From the NCBI RefSeq assembly GCF_041956535.1, contig NW_027192194.1, positions 752,009 to 816,008 on the forward strand: DNA of 64,000 bases, in the 5' to 3' direction. The position numbers and the translations under genes are program-made. The stretch comes from Calcarisporiella thermophila CBS 279.70 (Eukaryota > Fungi > Calcarisporiellomycota). This document shows, piece by piece, positions 25,524 through 38,184 of this stretch (positions are counted from its first letter, which is position 1; every line of letters starts with the position of its first letter). The notes beneath the pieces are model-generated. The model saw only the letters and a program-made list of their open reading frames with translations. It was not told the origin of the DNA and made no database searches.

Positions 25524-25545
25524 TTTTTCTCGAGTACAAAACTTT
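25524..25545 (-). promoter_or_regulatory. Conserved upstream motif TTTTTCTCGAG(G/T)ACAAAACTT (plus-strand reading) of the GPCR array; also at 27326-27348 and 34741-34762
   Basis: Nearly identical 21-mer 140-160 bp upstream of the ATG in all three paralogs while flanks have diverged. Confidence 0.65.
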
Positions 25546-25963
25546 GTAGTTTGAGCAAATTTTTATCGCAAACCTATTTTCGAGATACAATAGGTTGTTC
25601 AATATGTTAAGTCACGTAATTTTGCTAAAATATATATATTTAGTTGGGCGTAAGTAATTTAGATTTATTAATGAGCAAAATCCCAGGTCATAATAAAATA
25701 CATAAATAGTTCATTTCTAGAGTTTCACCCAAGATTATATAGAAAAATAAGATTTATCCTATAAAAAATAAATAAAACACAGAGTCCGGTTTTTAATATA
25801 GGATGTTGAGCTATACACTCACGGCAAGAAGCTTTACTCGTAATATCACATTACGACATATTAATTAAACTAATTTAGGTAGATATTGTTAGAAGTAGTT
25901 GAGTAAATTAATATCAGAGCGAATAGAAGAAATAGGAAAGAGTAAAATCAATATAGAACTGGT

Positions 25964-27179
25964 TTAACAAGTTGAAAATTCACTCAATCCACTGGAAAAG
26001 GGTATAAGAATACGATCCGCTTTTTTCTTTGCCTCCTTCAATTGCCGTTCTGATAAAACCTGGTTATCTTGCTCTTTAGGAACTTGCTGTACATTGAGTT
26101 GATCATTCGCTTGCCCATTTATCTGATCATTTCTCGGTGCCATTGCTAGCTCATCGTCGGCAACTTGTTGTAGATGTGGATATTTCTTCGCATAATTAGA
26201 ATAGGCAGCAGTGCGGTTCCAATATTTCATATATTTGACATCTTTGAACAACTTGAACTGGCTGAGAGCGCCTGAGAAAGCAGGATTGAATAAAAAGATA
26301 ATCAGGTTGAAGACCCCTTGTAATCCAGTCAAGATCGCTTTGGCCTTTCCGGTGGAATCTCCAAAAGCTGTGTCGCGAGATTTCGTAACATATAAAAGAA
26401 GGATTATGCACTCAGCAGGCAAGCATATGATAAGTACTAACGGATATCCAAGCAATCGAGTTACAGACATCATAACAAGGCGTTCTCTGAGGCGATTCTT
26501 CTCTCCATGAAGATCCTTTTCTCTCCTTACACGAAACACCATAGAGAAAACTTTAATGGCACATGCAAAGATGATAGTGAAGGAGTATAAGATACAAGCA
26601 AAAACAACAACGCTGACCAACACCGTTAAAGCGAGTTCCAGTCCAAATGGCCAATCTAAGATAATTATTTTCTACCACAAGAGTACTTAGATTGGAAAGC
26701 TAAATATACTGAAATAATAGTGGACTTACTATCTTCGAATTGTATACCAGATTACCATAAAAAAGAAAAGGTGAAGATAATGCGAGAGGCACTAATGTGG
26801 ATACAGGAAGATACCACCACTGAAATCTTGCAATGTTTAAGTGTTTATGGAAGGCCGACAGCTGAAGATCGAGAGCAATGCTCACTGTTAGCAATGAGAA
26901 CCACATTGGGAAAAAATAAAAGGACCAAAGAACAATTCGCCCAAACCAAAGATTGCTCGCTATAACCGTATCACGGAAATCTACCTCCATCCACATAACA
27001 TAAAAACTTCGATAGAGAGCATCAGCAAGCCCAATCCAGAAACTAAGTCTAAACGAAACACTACGAGTGGCTTGAGGTTGTGTATATCGAAGGAAAGCGA
27101 CAAGGAACATTATGAGTGTAGCACACACAATTGATGCGAAATTGATCGCGAGTTCCCCATCTGATATCGCAAATTTCAT
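25964..27179 (-). CDS. 7TM GPCR-like paralog without methyltransferase (385 aa); exons 27179-26730 and 26671-25964
   Basis: TM1-7 closely similar to the fusion copy with the same intron; unrelated tail after NP ends ...EFSTC*; no methyltransferase sequence before the next gene. Confidence 0.88.
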
Positions 27180-28587
27180 CTTTAATTACCTGCGCTAAAC
27201 ATTACTTAGAACAAAGACAATCTTTCATCTAAATGCAACAAAGTAGTTTCAACTTACCTGTTTTTACCACAAAAGAAATGTGGATTATCAAACAGCCTTG
27301 CTTCTTTTATCGCAACATTTTAGCGTTTTTTCTCGAGGACAAAACTTTATAGTATGTGCAAATTTAAAATTTAGGACATATTTCAACTTTTACCAAATAC
27401 ATTAGGTTAAAGTCAATTGCTCATATTATATTGTGTAAATTTACATTGGGAATTATTCTTTGTATAAATAATTCGCTTTTTAGGCAAAGTCCTAGTAACA
27501 AATCCTCCAGGCATTACATATATCCGAAGTTTAACCTTAGAGTTCCAGATAGTACCGATTTTCCAATTCCAGTTATATCTGGAGATTGAACAATATATTT
27601 TAACAAATGCTGTTTGTAACACATTATCGGGATTAAATCCAATACTAAAAGATATTTTGAGATCCTCAAATACTCTTGACTCCTTACAAAATTATGCATG
27701 GATAAAACAAGTAGGACCATATGGAAAGGATGGAGAAGGTTTGAGTTTCACTATAATGGTCTAAATTGGTATTCAATATTAAAAAAGAAATTGGCGTAGT
27801 AAGCGCACACGAAGATAATTTATTTATTTTTGATTAAGTGAATCCTTGCTTCATTATATCCCTACAAAAAAAGCGGGTATATAAAGTGTTTAGAAAATAT
27901 CAGGCACTTTGAATCACAAAATAAACCTCTGGGTGCTTCTATATTTTATCATCCCATCTCTCAGTTGTTTATTTGCCAATAATGGATATTTTCCAAGTAG
28001 GTGATTAACCGCAAGTTTTATTAAACGGATATTAAAAAAAAAATTGCCTATACATTATTACTTATTAGGATTTTATCTTATGGCATTGAAGCATGATACC
28101 ATCATCTGATATCTCCGATTCGGCAGAGTCTTCTTCATGGATACCGCTCTCTACAGTATATCATGCAGTATTTGAGTCTTGACTCTCTGTTTCATCAGAA
28201 TGTTATGCTCAATTGTGTTGTATCTCTTGATTTTACTGATCGATATGCATATAAACCATTAATTAAAGTATAAAACGATAATGGTTACGAGTAGCATGAA
28301 TAAGAATGAAATGGGAGTTCCTGAAATTTAAAATCGCCTTGCCACTTTTACGTGTGCCATTTGGCAAGAAATGAGCCCCAAACTGAGAAATAAAAAGGGG
28401 AATGAAAGTCGAAAGAGCTGCCATAATGAAGATAAAATCGTGATATAATAGGTTGATATAAATTGGACATACAATCTATGATTATAAGAAGCTGAAGAAT
28501 GCAAACAAAAGCATTCGAGAATTATTACTCTAGTTATCGAAATTTAAAAAGATTTAAAGTACCTTCGGAAAGTTTTGGGGCACCTCT

Positions 28588-29494
28588 CCCTACAAAAACC
28601 CGCCTGGTGAAAACTGCTAGAAAAANNNNNNNNNNNNNNNNNNNNNNNNNNNNNNNNNNNNNNNNNNNNNNNNNNNNNNNNNNNNNNNNNNNNNNNNNNN
28701 NNNNNNNNNNNNNNNNNNNNNNNNNNNNNNNNNNNNNNNNNNNNNNNNNNNNNNNNNNNNNNNNNNNNNNNNNNNNNNNNNNNNNNNNNNNNNNNNNNNN
28801 NNNNNNNNNNNNNNNNNNNNNNNNNNNNNNNNNNNNNNNNNNNNNNNNNNNNNNNNNNNNNNNNNNNNNNNNNNNNNNNNNNNNNNNNNNNNNNNNNNNN
28901 NNNNNNNNNNNNNNNNNNNNNNNNNNNNNNNNNNNNNNNNNNNNNNNNNNNNNNNNNNNNNNNNNNNNNNNNNNNNNNNNNNNNNNNNNNNNNNNNNNNN
29001 NNNNNNNNNNNNNNNNNNNNNNNNNNNNNNNNNNNNNNNNNNNNNNNNNNNNNNNNNNNNNNNNNNNNNNNNNNNNNNNNNNNNNNNNNNNNNNNNNNNN
29101 NNNNNNNNNNNNNNNNNNNNNNNNNNNNNNNNNNNNNNNNNNNNNNNNNNNNNNNNNNNNNNNNNNNNNNNNNNNNNNNNNNNNNNNNNNNNNNNNNNNN
29201 NNNNNNNNNNNNNNNNNNNNNNNNNNNNNNNNNNNNNNNNNNNNNNNNNNNNNNNNNNNNNNNNNNNNNNNNNNNNNNNNNNNAGGGGGTTCGCGATTCC
29301 CTATAATTTTTCAACAAATTCAAACAATGGGAGAGGAGTCAACAAAAATTTGTAGACTCCTCTCCCATTATTAATATCGAGAAAAATAGGTGAAAAGTTT
29401 GTAAAAATTTAGGGAATCGCGAACCCCCTTCATCTTTTCTACATTCTCCTATACTTTTTCTAGCAGTTTGCGCCAGGCGGGTTTTTTTGTAGGG
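28588..29494. mobile_element. CACTA/CMC (EnSpm-like) element nested inside the Tc1 element; interior mostly an assembly gap
   Basis: TIRs ccctacaaaaacccgcctggtgaaaactgctagaaaaa (28588-28625) and tttttctagcagtttgcgccaggcgggtttttttgtaggg (29455-29494); 3-bp TSD TCT at 28585-87 and 29495-97; subterminal hairpins. Confidence 0.8.
28626..29283. other. Assembly gap (658 N)
   Basis: Run of N. Confidence 1.
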
Positions 29495-29778
29495 TCTTTA
29501 TTTTTAATAAATTGATTATATTTCCTGAAAAATTTCTATTTCAAACATACTCTATTTATGTTTTAAAAACTATCTGTGCCTGCTTTCACGATGTTTACAA
29601 TATGGACTATTTTGTTTGCAATTTTACAGGGATATACCGATTTATTATGAAAAATGAAGTGGGACAATAGGGGTAGAATTGTACCCTTGTAGCTCGATAT
29701 CTAAAGGTGTCTACGGCTCGAAAGTTGCTCCGTATTTTCTGATAATCATACTCTTATTTATTTTATAAAACAAGCCCT

Positions 29779-30803
29779 ATACCTCGAATCACTCCAAGTA
29801 AACGTGCTCGCGTATCCGTCTTCCTCGAAGAGGGATACTCAACACGCAAAATTGCAGCCGGAGAAGGCATTGGAAAAAGTAGCGTGGCGAGAATACTCCA
29901 GAATAAAGAGAATGCATCAAACAATCCTCCAAGAAAGAAAATGGGTCGCCCTCGAAAATTATATAGCAGTGGTGAAAATAGATTATGTAGAAGCGTGGCG
30001 ACGGGAGAGTGTAAGAACGTAGTTAAGGCGCAAGAACTTTGGAACGAGACAACTGAGGAGGTTATTTCCGTGAACACTGTTCGTGAAGCACTCCATCGTA
30101 ATGATTATGTAGCTAGGGTCAAGAGAAAAAAACTTTTCTATCGAAAAGGCATCGCCTTAGGAGACTGGCATTTGCAATGAAATACAGCAGTTGGACCGTT
30201 GAAGGTTGGAGTCGTGTCATATTTTCTGACGAGTGCCAAATACGCGTCGTTGGCAATGAAAGGAGAGAGTGGTTTTGGAAGAAGCGTAATGAACCACTAC
30301 AAGAGCATCATATACAGCCAACGATCAAACACGGTGGTGGAAGTATAATGATATGAGGTTGTATGACTTCATATAGCATTGGAAGGGCATGTCGCATAAT
30401 AGAAAATCTTAATGCTGAGTTATATTCGAGAATCCTCGACGAAGAGTTGTTACCTACGCTCTAGTCATATAATCTCAGTAAGCAATTGACAATGTTTCAA
30501 CACGATAACGACACCAAGCATTAAGCCAAACGCATTGATCGATGGTTCGAAAATAACCAAGTCCAAGTTCTCGATTGGCCTTCACAATCACCAGATCTCA
30601 ACCCTATCGAAAATTTATGGGATGAGCTAAAGGGATGTCTTAGGAGCAGATTTCCAAAGATAACGAGTCAGGATGATCTGTGGGAAAAGGTGAATATTAT
30701 CTGGGAGTCATTCACTCAGGAGGATTGTATGATGTTGATCCGCACGATGCCAGAACAGATCCAAGCTGTTATTAAGGCAAAAGGGGGATATACTAAGTGG
30801 TAG
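29779..30803 (+). pseudogene. Tc1 transposase pseudogene
   Basis: (ATA)PRITPSKR..GYSTRKIA..GRPRKL HTH; WSRVIFSDE, KHGGGSIMI*GC, QHDNDTKH*, WPSQSPDLNPIENLW (D-34-E spacing), AVIKAKGGYTKW*; lost ATG, frameshift near 30140, at least three stops. Confidence 0.93.
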
Positions 30804-32290
30804 TTGGAGAGCACTTTATTTATACAAACTATTGAGTATTCATTATAATGCCCCTGTAAAAAAAAGAGAATAAAAGGTTGGCACCCCGTAAAATCTCTAT
30901 ATTTGGATTTAAGGAATTTTCCGAAATATATTATATTTCACTTGAAGAGAGTTAGCAAAGGATATTCAGTTGTATATGTAATTGTAACGGCGTAAGTGGG
31001 GTTTTCAAATATTTAATTGTTTTTTATATGGACGTTGTTTGTAGAGAAATATTTAGGTAAAAGTAAAAATTTTAAGGTGCCCCAAAACTTCCCAGAGATA
31101 CTTTATTAACAATTGCAGATTTTTCTGAAACTTCGATTTTCCAATAATTGGAGAATCGTGTATTCAGTCACATTCTAGCACTAATTCAAGTAGTTGTTTA
31201 TTAGGAGGCATCAAAATAATTAAAGGATCGTTGTAGCAATTATCTTTAAAAAAAATATAACACCACCTCTTATATATCTCGAGTTTGACTTTGAAATTAT
31301 CAGTGTTGCTCAATATGACCATATTCAGAATACTACCAACTGCAAAACACTGATTAGTACACCCCGGATTCCCACTAAGAATACTATGATGCACTGATAT
31401 CAATTTGAAGGCTTATTAATTGGAAATTAAATTATTCTATCACTGCCAATTTTGCATGATTTGACCTTTATAACTGCGATGTAGCCGTGAAATGTGATAG
31501 TAAAACTGAGATAGTAAAACCAGGATTTTAACTGAACTGAGCATTACAATAGATATATCAATCAGTGGCAATATATAGATTACTTTGATAGAGTAGACTT
31601 ACTTTCTACCAATATTCAAGTAAGTAAAATCTGCATTTCTATTTAATGAGAAAATATCATCGATTTCATGTTTATACATTTGCAATCATTAAAGTTAAAT
31701 ATCAAGAGAAAAAAAATTTTAATATGACATTCGGTGTATTTATTTCGGGTGATGGCTTTTTTATCTTAGGATTGGTAGTTTATTCCAATTTATTATATGC
31801 CACTCAATCAATGAAAAATTCGTTTCTGAAAAGTTATGGGTTGAAGGGTACTCTATCTGAAAAAAATGGTAATATGGTGTTAAATAGCTTGAAATTTTAG
31901 TGTTAACCTAATCTTTATTCCAGAAACTTTATCTAGTGAAGCTCAAGCACCCTTTTATTCATATTAATCGAGCACATTTACAATATTACATTCCAAGTAT
32001 TCCAAGTACAGTGAGCTGATATATCGTGATATAATAGCTAACTAAACCATTCAAAAAGCCGGTTTAACAAAGGTTTACTCTATGCTGTTTATTCAGCACA
32101 TATTCAATATAACTACATGCAATATTAATCAAAGACAAAGTATGTATCTTCAGGAGGTATAATTGTAAGTTATGGTGTATCTAGAATCTTGTGTTAAAGA
32201 AACTCACCCTAGCATAATCTGCCAGATTGTCCAGCTTGATATCTCTAAATCAGTTATATAGGAGAACCACCCCCTTGCTATAAATAGGAT

Positions 32291-34589
32291 CTACTTGTCT
32301 TCCGGCTTGTGCTGATCTTCAGGTTGCATCTCGATCCGTTCATCGTCCTTCACTAGTTTTAATGGCTTCTTGCCATACGTGCACATTACTTCAATGGAGA
32401 TTTCATTCATGCTCAACTCTTGAGATGCTCTTTGTAGCAGCTCATCATATTCGTCCCCGCTGATATACATCACTTGAGCTAGATGTGGCCGCATTGCAAT
32501 CAAAAACCGCATCCATTGCTCCAGTCCTGACCTCCCATCCCTATCTGAGTGTTTACCAACTGGAAACCTCTGAGTCAGCGACTGAACATCCTCGACACCC
32601 ATTGTCTGTAGAATGTCGCCAACCCTACGGCCCCACGATGGATGAATGTCGCGTGCACGCAGAGTGTTGTAAACTGTATTAGAACACGATCAGTGATCTT
32701 TATCTCTTCCAACTAATGTATGTGATAGATTGTATATACTTACTCCCATCTATCAGCTTCATGGTTGCCCTTTCGTCACACTGGATAGAATAATCTATGG
32801 TTGTTTATGAGTTATGTCAGGAAATTGGTGACCTAATTCAATCAAGTATGTTATGATAAACGATATACCGGCATCAACTATCTCAACATAACCTCCAGGC
32901 TTCAGGGCTCTTAGCAAGTCCCCAATTACATCACCCCACTATCCTTGGAACACTCCGAAGCTCATATGGCGGATGTATACAAAGTCAAACTTATTGTCTT
33001 CGAATGATAGCTTCTTGAGAATGTTCGCGATCTGGAAAGTGCAGTTGGATGGCTTGCTGTGGAGCGGGAACATGTTGCTGATGTCGATACCATAGAACTG
33101 ACTATTCGGATATTCTGAGGCCATCTCCATGGCCCATGTACCTGGTCCACATCTAGGGGATATACAGAATACATCAGGACCTATCGAATAACAGTTTTGA
33201 AGAGTAGCATATACCCTGCATCCAGCACCTTGGCTCCACTTTGCAAAATGATGTGAACGGGTGATAGAAAATCCCGGTTGCCAAATAAGGAGCTAGCAGC
33301 AAGAAATATGTGTTAATAGCCTATCAACCCACTCTACAGAGGAAGCTGTGTACCGGATGAAGTAGTGCTGGCTTATCAGTCGGTCGACCTCCTCTTCGTC
33401 GTTAGGCAGGATATAGTGGACCCCTGCGATTTTTGATTTAATCTTCAAGCATCTTCAGCAAAATTATCTGAACAATTTACCCGGACTTGTGCAAAATCGT
33501 CTTCCCAGCATCCATCTGTTCTCTTTATCGTTGATCGTTGAGTCCGGTAAATCTACTGATGAGAAAACTAATTGTGGCAGATTGGGCTCTGTCAATGTAT
33601 CGTGATTTTTATGAGTCTGTCCCCCTCTCTGTCCCACCGTCGCTGTTACCTCTTCTCTTTCGGGTGCGTCATCCATGAATCGGACTCTTCGAGGGGGAGA
33701 TGAAAATGGTTTTTCATACTTCGGAGCCGATATACCAATAGGCTTTTCCCTTAACCACGATTCCAAATGCATAAGCGTGCCTCCTCCACTCAGCTTGGTG
33801 AATGCATAGGAAACACTTCGAGACTTCGACAGGTTGCTATCACAGAATTCTCATTCAACAATTCTGTTGAATGAGAATTCTCTGATAGCACTTGAGAAAG
33901 TCGGGTTGAACAAGAAGATAATCAGGTTGAAAACTCCTTCTTCACGAAAAATTGTAGTGAAGACTCTAATCGCACATGCAATTATGACCGTGAAGGAATA
34001 CAAGATGCATGCAAAGACGACGGCACTGACAATCACAGTAATTGCCATCTCCACTTCATAGGACCAATACAATAATAATATATTCTGTGAGATATATACT
34101 ACGATTAGATATCTGATTACATATACAATACAATAGCTTTACCAGTTTGGAGCTATACTCCAAAGTTCCGCAAAAAAGAAAGGGTGAAGATATAGAGAAA
34201 GACACTAAAGTAGACGCAGGAAGATACCACTTCTGGAAACTCGCAATATTCAAGTGTTTATGGAAGGCTGAGAGTTGAAGATCCAATGCGATACAAACGG
34301 TAAGTAATGAGAACCACATGGGGAAAAAATAAAAGGACCAAAGTATAATCCGGCCAAGCCAATAATTGTTAGGTATAAAAACAGAACAGAAATCTCTCTC
34401 CATGTATATAACATAAAGGCTCCGATTGAGGGCATCAGCAAGACCAATCCAGAAGCTGAGCCTAAAAGAAGCGCTGCGTGTAGCCTGAGGTTGGGTATAA
34501 CGAAGGAAAGCGACAAGGATCATTATGAGAGCAGCGCATGCAATTGATGCGAAATTGATTATTAGTTCTTCTGAAATTGCGAATTTCAT
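32291..34589 (-). pseudogene. Second GPCR-methyltransferase fusion copy, disabled
   Basis: Same 7-exon architecture as 22897-25387; in-frame loss of 69 codons (ICL3/TM6/start of TM7) near 33940; TGA at 33851-53 from an inverted duplication; TAG at 32939-41 where copy 1 has GAG (FQG*W vs FQGEW). Confidence 0.88.
33835..33890. repeat. Near-perfect 26-bp-arm palindrome (inverted duplication)
   Basis: tgctatcacagaattctcattcaaca-attc-tgttgaatgagaattctctgatagca, 25/26 paired. Confidence 0.95.
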
Positions 34590-36825
34590 TTTCAACTCCC
34601 TGGAAATAACACATCTCAAAATAAAAATCCCCTCTAATCTAAATGCCTACAGATTAAGCTTACTTTTTTTGTGTGCATAGAGAAATGTTAAGGCCATTAA
34701 GATATTTTACCTCCGTTTTATCATTACATGCTAGTAATTATTTTTTCTCGAGGACAAAACTTAGTAAATTATATTAACTCTATTTAGTGTTAGATTTTAA
34801 CCATATGCATTTCGTGTTGGTAGTAAATCAATTAATCCTTGCTAAATTAATAAGGCTATTTCTACCTTCTTATTTCTAACAACTTGTTAAATGCTCGCAA
34901 CGACCTATATTTTCTTTTATAAAACACCAACTCGAAATTTTTTGTATATATCTCCAAGGATAACTACGAAATGAAATTAGAAGTTCTTAATGTAGACCCT
35001 TGAACATCCTGGTCACGAACACTTAACGCCAACGCATGTTGTTTTGCGCATGACTTATTACAATCACACATTGCCTTGAAAAGAGATATGGCTAGTATGT
35101 ATCCTATCAGACCAAAAAGGCAGTCAGTTATTAAGTAGCTTGAAATAGCTGGGTTTAATCTACACTTAGTTCAACTACATCTAATAGCATGGTGCCAGCT
35201 AAAAGGGAATGATGTTATTTAAGTATAAAGCTCTTAATCAATGGCGACAGATCAAATTTAAATATCAAAACAATCTTAATGAATAAGATCATGTTATAGC
35301 TTCACCATGAAAAATTCATGTCCTCAGTAAGTAAAGTCTAGATAATAATAATCATCGATTTATAGGTACAAGTAGGGCTCCGGAATGACCCGAGTTAGAG
35401 CGAATATTTTCTTAATCTCTAATAGTCACCTTTAATGATATTATAAGTTCCTTTATATCTTGCATAAAATTCTGATAAAAGAAAACATTGGGCAACATGG
35501 ATGAGCAAAATATGCTACTGGTATTGCATTTTCTTGAGATTACAATAGGATATACATATAATTATATTAGGATAAATATCATTATAGATAAAAGTATAGT
35601 AGTATTGATAAAAAAAAAGGTACATATAAGAGAAAGGAAGCCAAAATTCAATATTGAATCGGTTAAACGAGTTAAAAGTCCACTCAATTAGCTGAAAAAA
35701 AAAATATAAGAATATCAACGAATTTTTTATTTTGCCTCAAGCTTTATAACTACTTATGATTTAAACTATCCCTATGTAATAAGTCGAAAGGCAATATATA
35801 TTAATTGATCTCGAATTGCCCTTAGAGCGCAAATAAAACTTTTCTAAGAAAGTTAGGTGTGACCAGTGACTTTGGCATTGAGAAAATAGCTTTAAATACA
35901 CGATGCAAAAGATCACGAGCTTCTATTAATGCGAGATTACATGGTAGCTTTCACAAATAGAGGCCTCAGAATGCTTTAGAGAGGGTGATGAAATGATCAT
36001 TAGAGCAATACGTATAAAAAAGACATTAAACCGTGTGTTCAACACAAATAGTAATGGTAAATATAATCGTATCTTTCTACTATACATCTTTTGCTAAGGT
36101 AGCTATAGTTCAGGAATATTTTCTCAACTGCATAACATACTTTATTGATAAATGATACGGATTATATTAATCTGCTCACGATTATTCCAGCGTCATGCAT
36201 TTGGAAAGCTTTCAACTGTGATTCAGTACAAAGTATGAAGTCTTAATTTCACAAATCCTAATTTCCTTACTCTTAACATTGGCTAAAATCCATTTCGTTA
36301 AAAATATCCTCTCTTGCAAGTCGCAGAGTTGGCCTGCAAACTCTGTAAGATCGGGTGCCAAGCTAATAACCTGTCTTCAAAACAAAAACGTTCTTTAGAT
36401 GTCATGTGTCGCGCCGCGGAATAGAGGCTTTTCTATATCGAATTTGATAAAGCCAAAAATAAACGACCACGCAGTTAAAAATAGACCAATGAATTGCGAT
36501 TTGTGCAACGTTACCAAGATCGAACACTCTCTGAAACGTATCGATGGCTGTCGCATATTAATGAGCTTAAAACACGTTTTGAAGGCGGCTACTCGTTTGA
36601 TGGCATCGGATGGAGAAGAAAAGCTAATAATTAAAAAGCCACTCGGATAGATTCAACTCAATAAATATCATTGTTTCCGTTGGCGCTATTTTATTTGTTT
36701 TTTATCGTCTTCCTTGGTCCTCCCTCCCTCCCCTGCCTACTCCTTATTCATTCTTCCCCTGTCAATTCCCGAAACTCATAGCTCCTTCCCCTCTCCGCTC
36801 CTTTGGTTTATTCTTCTCCCCTACA

Positions 36826-37852
36826 ATGCGCTGCACTCTCTTTTTCTTCATTCTCGCTACGACCTTCTCTCTGCTTTGTGGCCTTGGCTCGGCTGCAAGG
36901 GCTCGCGTTTACACTAAATGCGCCCGACCTGGTACATTTGCCATCACATTTGACGACGGACCTTATATCTACACCGAACAATTGGTGGACTGGCTTAACA
37001 AAAACAAATTTGTCGCAACGTAATTATTTAGCGCTATTTGAGGCATTTGTGTTTCAAAATTCCCTCCCCTTGCCCTCTAACTTCCTCTCTGTGCATATCC
37101 ATAGATTTTTCGTGAATGGTGATAACTGGGGAAGCATTTACGACTATGCCGCTGTTCTTAGGAAGGCCTATAATGCTGGCCACTTAATCGCGTCACATAC
37201 ATGGTCGCATGCAGATCTCACTAAGCTTAGCACGACTCAAATCAGGACCGAAATGACGCGGTTGGAAGCTGCCCTAAAGAAAATATTAGGCGTGCGTCCC
37301 ACGTGAGTTCTAAGATGTATCAATTTTATCGAGCAAACTTCTGACATTTCCTGGTTTGCTTTAGTTTCATGCGCCCCCCTTATGGCAGCTGTAAGTTTTT
37401 GTTGTTTTCTTCTATCTTAATTCATCTTGGGAATGGGAAGCTTACTGATGCAAAACATCTTTTTCGCACTCCAGCGAATAACAAGGTGCTTGATACTCTA
37501 GGAAATCTTGGCTACAAGGTTATCTTGTGGGATATCGATACTCTCGATTACAATGGGGATGTTGAGGCTTCAAAGAATATCTACGAAACCAGCTTGCAAA
37601 ATTCAAACTCACGTACGGACGCACACATGTAAGAACGTCAATTATCATCAGATACAAATTCTCATTGGGCTCTACATTTTTTATACTAACTATGGCACAT
37701 TAACCATTAGTGCTCTGCAGCACGATGTGCATCAAGCCACCGTGGACCAACTCGCAAAATTTGCGTACGACTATGTACACAAGAAGGGTTACCGTACGGT
37801 GACTGTGGCTGAGTGTCTTGGATTTGGCAAGGGGGCTGGTTACCGCAAATGA
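36826..37852 (+). CDS. Secreted CE4 polysaccharide (chitin) deacetylase 2; 5 exons including a 26-nt micro-exon (about 37365-37390)
   Basis: Signal peptide; TFDDGP, HTWSH, RPPYG, DTLDY, LQHD. Confidence 0.95.
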
Positions 37853-38184
37853 ATTGCTTCTCAGGATTTCTTGGAATATTTATATAATCTTATCAAGTAT
37901 TTAAATTATCCTCAATAATGAGCCATGTCAAGATCAAGACACGGATAATTTAGTTGACCACCACCAAGTGTCGTAAGCCTAATTCATTAGCTGATTTTGC
38001 ACTCTATTTTGCGCGGAATATTTTGTGGTGGATATAAATTATAGAAAAGAGAAAAAAGTAAAATTTTTGGATATTAAGATAAATAGGAAAATAGTAGATT
38101 AAATAAATAATGTATGATATTGGTGATACATATGGATATGCAGTTTAGGGATAGAGAATTAAGCAAAGAAGAATCACTTGGTAC

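Larger units (their letters stand above)
28557..31103 (+). mobile_element. Decayed Tc1/mariner (DD34E) DNA transposon with 28-bp TIRs and TA target duplication
   Basis: Left TIR aagtaccttcggaaagttttggggcacc (28557-28584) matches the right TIR (31076-31103) at 24/28; TA at 28555-56 and 31104-05; internal transposase relic. Confidence 0.9.

Noticed and set aside
27470-28480. ATG-less open frame (..WIKQVGPYGKDGEG..) and acidic coding-like fragments
   Set aside because: Probably decayed gene or TE debris; cannot be assigned from sequence alone
28499-29374. 291-aa and 259-aa ORFs in the track
   Set aside because: Artefacts of translating the N gap
32291-33772. Gene fission giving a free methyltransferase from a new ATG at 33772 (MHLESW)
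   Set aside because: TAG at 32939-41 truncates the methyltransferase before the LKPGG motif
33851-33853. In-frame TGA within a hairpin as selenocysteine or programmed readthrough
   Set aside because: The TGA comes from the inverted duplication, has no Cys counterpart in paralogs, and the same copy has a TAG and a TM6 deletion
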